Source of the DNA: Berkelbacteria bacterium GW2011_GWA2_35_9
Lineage (GTDB): Bacteria > Patescibacteriota > UBA1384 > GWA2-35-9
Direction of reading: 5' to 3'
Length of the DNA: 46,394 bases
NCBI GenBank assembly: GCA_000991185.1
Contig: LBRB01000002.1
Location: 1 to 46,394, forward strand
Position 1 is the first letter of the stretch. Each line of letters opens with the position of its first letter. Shown piece after piece: positions 26,502-33,444 of this stretch. The notes under the pieces are model-generated. The model had not been told where the DNA came from and made no database searches. It saw only the letters and a program-made list of their open reading frames with translations. Made by a program: the position numbers and the translations under genes.

Positions 26502-27749
26502 ATGTCAAAATTTATTATCAATGGTCCATCAACGCTTAAGGGTGATTTTGTTCCATCTGGTGCAAAAAATGCAGCACTAAAAATGATCGCTGCTAGTTTA
26601 TTGACGAAAGATAAAGTTATTTTAGAAAATTGTCCGGACATCACTGATGTTCACTCGCTGATTAGTTTAATGGAAAGTTTGGGAGCAAAAACAAATTTTC
26701 AAAATAATATTTTAGAAATTGACCCATCGGGAGTAAATAAATTTCGTCCAGATGATGATGTTGCTAAAAAAATCAGAGCCTCGATAGTTTTGGTTGGTCC
26801 ACTTTTAGCTCGTTTTAATAAAGCTCAAATTGCCCATCCCGGTGGTTGTCTAATTGGCAATCGTCCACTCGATGCTCATATGGATGTATTTCGTCAATAT
26901 GGAATAAAAATAAACTATAAAGATAAATATTACAGCTTTTCAACCCCTATATTGACTGGGGCTAAAACCTTTCCTTGTTTATCTGTCACTGCAACCGAAA
27001 ACGCTATTATGACTGCAGTTCTTGCCAAAGGCGAAAGTACGATTTATGCAGCGGCTGCTGAACCTGAAATAAAAGATTTAATTTTAATATTGCGATCAAT
27101 GGGTGCAAGAATCAGAGGTGCTGGTACACATAATATTTCGATCGAAGGGGTTAAAAAATTATCCGGTACTCGTTTTCGAATTATGCCAGATAGAATTGAA
27201 ATCGGAACCATTATCTGTGCCTCATTAGCAACCGGAAGCGAAATTACTATCCATGATTTCCGTGAAAAAGATATGGGTAATTTTATTTACAAATTAGAAT
27301 CTTTAGGGGCGAAATTCAAAATCGAAAACTCAAAACTGACTGTTTTGAAATCAAAATTAAATTCAGGACGAATTGATACTCGAACTTATCCTGGATTTTC
27401 TACGGATTTACAATCCCCAACAGCCGTATTATTAACCCAAGCAGGTGGTGTAAGTCGTATTTTTGAAACACTTTTTGAAAATCGTTTTAACTTTATCGCG
27501 GAGCTTAATCGCATGGGAGCAAAAATTAAACAAATCAATGATTATGTTATTGAAATTGACGGACCAACAAAATTAAAAGGAGCAAACATTGAAAGTAGTG
27601 ACTTAAGAGCAGGGGCAGCATTAGTCATTGCAGGCTTGATTGCTGAAGGAAAAACTGTTATTAATAATATTGATATATTCGAAAGGGGTTATGAAAAATG
27701 GGAAAATAAACTTTCCAAACTAGGAGTTAATATTATAAAAGAAAAATAA
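26502..27749 (+). CDS. murA: UDP-N-acetylglucosamine 1-carboxyvinyltransferase MurA
   Basis: FIINGPSTLKGDFVPSGAKNAAL start and the active-site loop HPGGCLIGNRPLD. The SD aaggag lies 6 nt upstream. Confidence 0.95.
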   Translation: MSKFIINGPSTLKGDFVPSGAKNAALKMIAASLLTKDKVILENCPDITDVHSLISLMESLGAKTNFQNNILEIDPSGVNKFRPDDDVAKKIRASIVLVGPLLARFNKAQIAHPGGCLIGNRPLDAHMDVFRQYGIKINYKDKYYSFSTPILTGAKTFPCLSVTATENAIMTAVLAKGESTIYAAAAEPEIKDLILILRSMGARIRGAGTHNISIEGVKKLSGTRFRIMPDRIEIGTIICASLATGSEITIHDFREKDMGNFIYKLESLGAKFKIENSKLTVLKSKLNSGRIDTRTYPGFSTDLQSPTAVLLTQAGGVSRIFETLFENRFNFIAELNRMGAKIKQINDYVIEIDGPTKLKGANIESSDLRAGAALVIAGLIAEGKTVINNIDIFERGYEKWENKLSKLGVNIIKEK

Positions 27750-28756
27750 TGTTAAATAATAAAATTGGTATAGACTTAGGCACGACAAATATATTAGTCT
27801 ATTTGCCAAACAAAGGTATTGTTGTTCAAGAACCATCCGTAGTGGCGGTTGAGTCAAACGGTAGAAAAATAATGGCAATTGGTAAAGAAGCCCATAATAT
27901 GCTCGGTAGAACACCCGATTCAGTTACAGCTGTCCGTCCGCTATTAAACGGAGCAATTGCAAATTTCCGAGTCACAGAAGCAATGTTAAAATACTATATT
28001 AATCAAGTTGTTGGGAGAATTCGTTTTACAAAACCAGAGGTTATGATTTCTGTTCCAGCGGGAATTACATCAACCGAAAAAAGAGCCGTTATTGACGCTA
28101 CTATTAATGCCGGTGCAAGAAATGCTTATTTAATTAAAGAGCCAATTGCAGCTGCTTTAGGTGCTGATATTAAAATTTCAACTCCAAGCGGGCATATGAT
28201 TATTGATATCGGTGGTGGAACTACTGAGGTAGCAGTTATCTCACTTTCTGATATTGTGACATCTTCTTCGGCTCGAATTGCTGGTAATCAAATAGACCAA
28301 TCGATCGTTTCCTATATCCGTAAAAAAAATAAATTAATCATTGGAAAACAAACAGCTGAAGAAATTAAAATAAGAATTGGTTCTTGTCTCCCGTTAGAAA
28401 AAGAGCTCTCGATGGAAGTATCCGGCTCAAATAGTATTACAGGTCTACCCGAAAGCCAAATCTTAAAAACAAATGATATTATTGATCCAATAAAAAGTGT
28501 ATTAAATGATATTATTTCAACCATCAAAAATGTCCTTCAAAAAACACCGCCTGAATTGGCAAGTGATATAATGGATAAAGGAATAGTTATTACTGGAGGA
28601 TCAGCTCATCTCAGAGAAATTGAAAAACTTTTGACAAAAATCATTGGTGTCCCCTGCCAAATTGCTGACAATCCAGAAACGTGTGTCGTCAAGGGTACAG
28701 GGATTGCGATCGGACACTTAAGTGAATATAAAAGATCATTGTTGTGGGGTAAATAA
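27749..28756 (+). CDS. mreB: Rod-shape actin homologue MreB
   Basis: IGIDLGTTN, EPIAAALGA and IDIGGGTTEVAV motifs. Confidence 0.95.
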   Translation: MLNNKIGIDLGTTNILVYLPNKGIVVQEPSVVAVESNGRKIMAIGKEAHNMLGRTPDSVTAVRPLLNGAIANFRVTEAMLKYYINQVVGRIRFTKPEVMISVPAGITSTEKRAVIDATINAGARNAYLIKEPIAAALGADIKISTPSGHMIIDIGGGTTEVAVISLSDIVTSSSARIAGNQIDQSIVSYIRKKNKLIIGKQTAEEIKIRIGSCLPLEKELSMEVSGSNSITGLPESQILKTNDIIDPIKSVLNDIISTIKNVLQKTPPELASDIMDKGIVITGGSAHLREIEKLLTKIIGVPCQIADNPETCVVKGTGIAIGHLSEYKRSLLWGK

Positions 28757-29865
28757 TGCTTATTGGAATTGATGCATCTAGAGCAGTCAAAAAAGAAAAA
28801 ACTGGTACTGAATATTACAGCCAGGAAATTATTCGTCGTATTATTAATTTATCCACAGAAGATAAATTTATTTTGTATGCTCCATATTTACCAGGTGACA
28901 ATAACTCACTAAATAATCTTCCGAAAAATGCCAAATGGAAAATTATGCCTTTTCCACGACTTTGGAGCCAAATTCGACTTTCGTGGGAATTGATGTTTTC
29001 CAAAGAAAAGCCATATGTTATGTTCGAACCAGCTCACACAATTCCATTTTTTGCACGGGGTAGAATGGTAGTCACAATTCATGATTTAGGTTTTATGAGC
29101 CGACCAGATTTATACCCTTTTTGGGAAAGATTATATCTCAAATTGAGTATGTACTATTCAGCTAAACGAGCTAATAAAATAATTGCCATTTCGGAATATA
29201 CAAAAAATGATCTAATTAAATTTTTTCGAATCAAACCTGAAAATATTGAAGTTATAGACCTCGGCATTAATACAAAAAAATTCAATTTGGAAAAACCTGA
29301 AACAAAATTGCCTGAAAATATTCGCTATCCATATATTTTTTATATTGGTCGCCTTGAAATTAAAAAAAATATTATTAATTTACTGAAATCATTTGAGATT
29401 GCACTAAAAAGTAATCCGAATTTATCGCTTGTACTATCTGGAAAATGGGGATACGGAAAAGAAAAAATTGAAAATATTATTCAAAGTTTTCCACCCTCTA
29501 TTAAGGAAAAAATTATTATTACTGGTTATATTAATGATGAAAAATATCTAACTATTTTGAAAAATTCGGCTGTTTTATGTTTAGTATCCAGCTATGAAGG
29601 ATTCGGAATGCCTATTTTGGAAGCTATGGCTTCAGGAGTTCCAGTTATTTGCTCAAATACTTCTGCCCTACCTGAGATTGCTGGTAATTCAGCACTTTTA
29701 GTTGATCCTAACAAGCCGGAGGAAATTGCTCAAGCTTTTATAAAAGTAACCCTAAATCCTGAATTCAAACATAATTTAATTAGTAAGGGTATTGAAAATT
29801 GCCAACGATTTGATTGGCAAGTATCAGCCCAAAAAACATTAGAAACAATTAGGAATGTCTATTAA
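28756..29865 (+). CDS. Family 4 (GT-B) glycosyltransferase
   Basis: EGFGMPILEAMASGVPVICSNTSALPEIAG, an E-x7-E region typical of GT4. Confidence 0.85.
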   Translation: MLIGIDASRAVKKEKTGTEYYSQEIIRRIINLSTEDKFILYAPYLPGDNNSLNNLPKNAKWKIMPFPRLWSQIRLSWELMFSKEKPYVMFEPAHTIPFFARGRMVVTIHDLGFMSRPDLYPFWERLYLKLSMYYSAKRANKIIAISEYTKNDLIKFFRIKPENIEVIDLGINTKKFNLEKPETKLPENIRYPYIFYIGRLEIKKNIINLLKSFEIALKSNPNLSLVLSGKWGYGKEKIENIIQSFPPSIKEKIIITGYINDEKYLTILKNSAVLCLVSSYEGFGMPILEAMASGVPVICSNTSALPEIAGNSALLVDPNKPEEIAQAFIKVTLNPEFKHNLISKGIENCQRFDWQVSAQKTLETIRNVY

Positions 29866-30607
29866 ATATCGCCATAAAACAATCTTGGGTGTTAGGGTTG
29901 ATGATGTTGAGTTAAATCAAACCATTGATTTCGTTAATATAGTCTTGAATGATGATCATTGTCATCAGATCGCTACTATTAATCCTGAATTTATTGTTGA
30001 AGCTCAGAAAAATGAACAATTTCGTCAAGCGTTAAATAATTCTGATTTGAATATTAACGATTCAATTGGGATTAAAATATTTGGTAGAATAAAAAATCGT
30101 ATTCCCGGTGCTGATTTTATTTATCATTTATTTGAATTATCTTTTCAGAAAAAATTGTCATTCTATTTTTTAGGAGGTATTGATGACACTGCAATTAAAG
30201 CAACTAAAATAATTAAGGATAAATATTCAAATCTTGAGATCGTGGGAGCGGAAAATGGAGGTGTTGTTGATATTGATAATCTTATAAGCACAAAAGATAT
30301 TATTGCCAGAATCAATAAAGTTGAACCGGACATTTTATTGGTTGCATTTGGTCATCCAAAACAAGATATTTTTATTGATTTTTGGAAAGAAAATCTGAAA
30401 GCAAAAATAGCGATAGGAATCGGTGGTAGTTTAGATTATATTGTCAAAAGCCAAATCAGAGCTCCAAAATTATTTCGGGAATTGGGGTTAGAGTGGTTGT
30501 GGCGATTAACGCTTGAACCAAAAAAAAGATGGCGGAGAATTGTCAACGCCGTTTGGATTTTCCCAAAAACTTATGTTCAAGCCGCCCTTAAAAATAGATT
30601 TAAATAA
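29855..30607 (+). CDS. WecB/TagA/CpsF family (GT26) glycosyltransferase
   Basis: GVRVDDV, NPEFIVEA, FGHPKQD and GLEWLWRLTLEPKKRWRR motifs. Confidence 0.85.
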   Translation: MSIKYRHKTILGVRVDDVELNQTIDFVNIVLNDDHCHQIATINPEFIVEAQKNEQFRQALNNSDLNINDSIGIKIFGRIKNRIPGADFIYHLFELSFQKKLSFYFLGGIDDTAIKATKIIKDKYSNLEIVGAENGGVVDIDNLISTKDIIARINKVEPDILLVAFGHPKQDIFIDFWKENLKAKIAIGIGGSLDYIVKSQIRAPKLFRELGLEWLWRLTLEPKKRWRRIVNAVWIFPKTYVQAALKNRFK

Positions 30608-30612
30608 GACAT

Positions 30613-30648
30613 AAAAAACCCGGTACCTGTCTTGCGACTGATACCGGG
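30613..30648 (-). terminator. Intrinsic terminator of the 30683-31600 gene
   Basis: On the minus strand, cccggta-N16-taccggg is followed by T6. Confidence 0.6.
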
Positions 30649-30682
30649 AATCACGATTCTAATTATTATTACTTCTCAATGA

Positions 30683-31600
30683 TTATTGGACAGACAATCC
30701 CCTAACTTCTCTTTTAAATTTTGTATCTTTATTACCAATGATATCTATTAATTCTTGATATATTAATTTTTCACTTTCCTTAACATGTTTTGGAAATTTA
30801 TCATTCCTTGAAATTTGGTCATAATAGACTCGAGCCATTCCTTGACTCGTTGCTACCATTCCAAATCGATTTGCAAAATTAAACCAAATCCCAACTGCAA
30901 TTTTAATATCACCATCACCTAGTTTTTCCTCTGCTCTTTTAATTCTTTCAATCAACTCATTTGTTGTCGAAAATTCTAATAAATTATTTTTTTGCATCAA
31001 ATCATAATCATGCCTTGGCAACTTTCGACTTTTATCATTATAAAAGTCCCCAACTAAATGGCACAAACTTTCCCATTTAATAAGATCGGGACACAAAAAT
31101 ATACCTTCTTCTTCATGATTATAAACTTGATATTCGTGTACCTTTTGAAAAGTTAAATATAGAATACCATTATCAGAAATGATAGCAATTTCAAAAATTG
31201 TAACTTTTCCCCTTGAATCCAAATCAATAATTTTGAAATGATTTTCAGGATAAGTTGTGTATGGTATATATATTTGGTTGTGAATCTTAACTCGTACTCT
31301 TTTTTGATATACACCAAAAATCTTTCCCTTAGAACTCACTACTTGCCGAGTAGATCCTCGGAGAGAAGACTTTTGGGTAATATTTTTCTGTTTATCTATT
31401 TCAACAGCAATCAAACTACCTTTTAGAGTATGTATTTCAATAAGAAATGTAGCGTCATGATCAACATTTTCAAAAATTAACCCTGTTTCATAGTCATATT
31501 CAATATCTTTCAAAAGCAAATTATTTTTTCCCTCTTTAGATAGTTCTTTCTTTAAATATATTTCAAAACCAAAATACTTTTGTTTTTGAATCAACTGCAT
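30683..31600 (-). CDS. Orphan cytoplasmic protein with a cold-shock-domain-like C-terminus
   Basis: The start is moved to MQLIQKQ (ATG 31600), preceded by aaggaagtgggag. An internal duplication is visible (TFLIEIHTLKGSLIAV vs TIFEIAIISDNGILYL). The C-terminal GIWFNFANRFGMVATSQGMARVYYDQI resembles the CSD core. Confidence 0.55.
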   Translation of the reverse strand: MQLIQKQKYFGFEIYLKKELSKEGKNNLLLKDIEYDYETGLIFENVDHDATFLIEIHTLKGSLIAVEIDKQKNITQKSSLRGSTRQVVSSKGKIFGVYQKRVRVKIHNQIYIPYTTYPENHFKIIDLDSRGKVTIFEIAIISDNGILYLTFQKVHEYQVYNHEEEGIFLCPDLIKWESLCHLVGDFYNDKSRKLPRHDYDLMQKNNLLEFSTTNELIERIKRAEEKLGDGDIKIAVGIWFNFANRFGMVATSQGMARVYYDQISRNDKFPKHVKESEKLIYQELIDIIGNKDTKFKREVRGLSVQ

Positions 31601-31632
31601 CTCCCACTTCCTTTCAAGATTCGAATATGGGT

Positions 31633-31661
31633 AGTATACCCCCAAAACAACCATTTGTCAA
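31633..31661 (-). promoter_or_regulatory. Promoter TTGACA-17-TATACT for the orphan gene
   Basis: Consensus -35 and near-consensus -10 on the minus strand, about 33 nt upstream of the ATG. Confidence 0.6.
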
Positions 31662-31720
31662 GAACAAAGTAATGCATTAAATTCCTGAACTTACCTAATC
31701 GCTAAACTTATCAATCAAAC

Positions 31721-31758
31721 AATGACACATATGTGACGATCGGTATATTTGTGTCATT
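31721..31758. repeat. Inverted repeat aatgacaca / tgtgtcatt (9 bp, 20-nt spacer)
   Basis: It overlaps the 10-bp perfect palindrome cacatatgtg (31726-31735). The region is non-coding. Confidence 0.6.
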
Positions 31759-31856
31759 TATTAATGGATAACGTAGTACAAATATTTATTGTTATTATAG
31801 TTTGATTAGTTTAAATACAAGTCTAAATATCTTAATGTACGAGTATAAATGTGTTT

Positions 31857-31897
31857 TGACATTTCTATATTGTCTTTAAGGTGACATTTCTATATTG
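31857..31897. repeat. Tandem direct repeat tgacatttctatattg x2 (9-nt spacer, 25-nt period)
   Basis: Two perfect 16-nt copies at 31857-31872 and 31882-31897 in non-coding DNA. Confidence 0.8.
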
Positions 31898-31960
31898 CGC
31901 TAACACCATTTATATTTTTACTTTAAATAATTACAATTATATGATAAAAATAAATAGTTA

Positions 31961-32051
31961 GGGGCTTATAGCTTCCCGACGCTTCAGTCGGGATTCCGAC
32001 ATCGTAGATCGTCGGAACAATTGTAGAAGTATATCGTGAAAAAGTAAAATA
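31961..32051 (+). repeat. tRNA-leader double-hairpin element, copy B
   Basis: ggggcttatagct (a tRNA 5'-end mimic), then tcccgac-N6-gtcggga, ttccgac-N10-gtcggaa and a tail containing gtgaaaaag. Confidence 0.7.
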
Positions 32052-32127
32052 GGGCTGTTAGCTCAGTTGGTAGAGCGCCACATTCGCATTGTGGAGGTCG
32101 CCGGTTCGAATCCGGCACAGTCCACCA
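32052..32127 (+). tRNA. tRNA-Ala(CGC), CCA encoded
   Basis: Acceptor gggctgt/acagtcc with the G3-U70 identity pair, anticodon loop ttcgcat, T arm gccgg-ttcgaat-ccggc. Confidence 0.9.
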
Positions 32128-32137
32128 GGCATTTATA

Positions 32138-32166
32138 TTGACAAATTAATGTTTTTGAGATAATAT
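32138..32166 (+). promoter_or_regulatory. Promoter TTGACA-17-TAATAT for nusA
   Basis: Consensus -35 with a 17-nt spacer, lying 11 nt after the tRNA-Ala CCA. Confidence 0.6.
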
Positions 32167-32180
32167 AAATAGTGTACAAG

Positions 32181-32207
32181 CAACTCTAGATTATGAGTTG
32201 TTTTTTT
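32181..32207 (+). promoter_or_regulatory. Terminator-like attenuator hairpin in the nusA leader
   Basis: caactc-tagattat-gagttg followed by T7, about 10 nt after the predicted start and 42 nt before the nusA ATG. Confidence 0.5.
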
Positions 32208-32248
32208 GATAACATAAAGCTAAAGAATTAATCCAAAGAAAGGACACT

Positions 32249-33424
32249 ATGGCAATATCACAATTCATGGCAGCAATCAATCAGATCGTAGATGAAAAAG
32301 GTATTGATAAAAAAGTTGTAATTGAAGCGCTTGAATCAGCGATTGGCGCTGCTTACCGAAAAGATTATGGCAAACCTCGACAAATGATAAAAGCGATTAT
32401 CAATCAGGATAGTGGTGAATTTGAAATTGTCAGAATTTTTGAAGTGATTGAAGACGATATTGAAGTAGAAAATGAGGAAGCACAAATTTTTCTTAAAGAT
32501 GCTAAAAAGAAAAAGAAAAGTATTAAAGTTGGTGATGAAATCACCGAAAAACTTCCTTACCACGATGAATTCGGAAGAATCGCCGCCCAAACCGCTAAAC
32601 AGGTAATTATTCAAAGACTTAGAGAAGCTGAAAGAGATATTGTTCTTGAAGAGTTTAAACAAAAAGAAGGCGAATTGGTATCAGCCACAATTCAACAAAT
32701 TGAAGGAAAAAATATTATCATTAATCTTGGGAAAACTAATGGTTTAATGCCCGGTTCTGAACAAATACCCGGAGAATATTATCGCATCGGTCAAAGAATG
32801 AGAGTTTTGGTAAAAAATGTTGAAGACACTGTTCGTGGTCCGAAAATTATTTTATCTCGTAGCGATGAAAAATTTGTGATTGAACTATTTAAACTTGAAG
32901 TCCCAGAAGTTCAATCGGAAGCAATTGAGATTAAAGCTATTGCCCGTGAAGCAGGATCAAGAACTAAAATTGCTGTTGCCACCAATGAAGCATCTCTTGA
33001 TCCAGTTGGCTCGTGTGTTGGACAAAAAGGCGCTCGCATCCAAGCTATTTTAGCTGAAATTGGACAAGAAAAAATTGATATAATTTTATGGGATGATGAT
33101 CCAAAAAATTTGATTGTCAACTCCATGTCACCAGCCGAGATTGAAAAAGTAAAATTATCTAAAAAAGAAAAACGAGCAACCGTGATCGTACCAGAAGATC
33201 AATTATCGTTAGCGATTGGGAAAAATGGTCAAAATGTAAGATTAGCCAGTCGTATTTCTGGTTTTGAAATTGATATACCAAAAGGTGATAAATTATTTAA
33301 AAAGTCAGATGCTCCAAAAGACCAGAAGTTTGAAACTGATAATAACAAAACGGATGCTTCAAGCGATGATTTAAATAAGAATGAAGAACTAATTGAAGAA
33401 AAAACCGATACAAAAAATAAATAA
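32249..33424 (+). CDS. nusA: Transcription termination/antitermination factor NusA
   Basis: N-terminal domain, S1 (GELVSATIQQIEGKNIIINLG) and two KH domains (VGSCVGQKGARIQ, AIGKNGQNVRLA). It has an acidic/lysine-rich tail. Confidence 0.95.
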   Translation: MAISQFMAAINQIVDEKGIDKKVVIEALESAIGAAYRKDYGKPRQMIKAIINQDSGEFEIVRIFEVIEDDIEVENEEAQIFLKDAKKKKKSIKVGDEITEKLPYHDEFGRIAAQTAKQVIIQRLREAERDIVLEEFKQKEGELVSATIQQIEGKNIIINLGKTNGLMPGSEQIPGEYYRIGQRMRVLVKNVEDTVRGPKIILSRSDEKFVIELFKLEVPEVQSEAIEIKAIAREAGSRTKIAVATNEASLDPVGSCVGQKGARIQAILAEIGQEKIDIILWDDDPKNLIVNSMSPAEIEKVKLSKKEKRATVIVPEDQLSLAIGKNGQNVRLASRISGFEIDIPKGDKLFKKSDAPKDQKFETDNNKTDASSDDLNKNEELIEEKTDTKNK

Positions 33425-33444
33425 TTACTCTAGAAAGGAGATTT

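Noticed and set aside
31857-31897. CRISPR array
   Set aside because: There are only two 16-nt repeats with a 9-nt spacer, far below CRISPR repeat and spacer sizes. There are no cas genes in the window.
4295-32010. The heptamer atcgtag recurs in three hairpin loops (4295, 13019 as its complement, 32001), suggesting a specific loop motif
   Set aside because: By base composition, roughly five occurrences of any such 7-mer are expected on both strands of 46 kb. I count five, with two inside coding regions (3113 and 32286). The heptamer alone is therefore not significant. Only the 17-nt shared core of the 4279 and 13006 hairpins is.
30608-32051. Small integrated island at tRNA-Ala carrying the orphan gene
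   Set aside because: There is no integrase or recombinase, and no direct repeat of the tRNA end at the far boundary (30608-30690). The tRNA-like fragment is a 5' rather than a 3' copy. Composition looks similar to the flanks by eye. The idea is kept only as a weak possibility in the findings.
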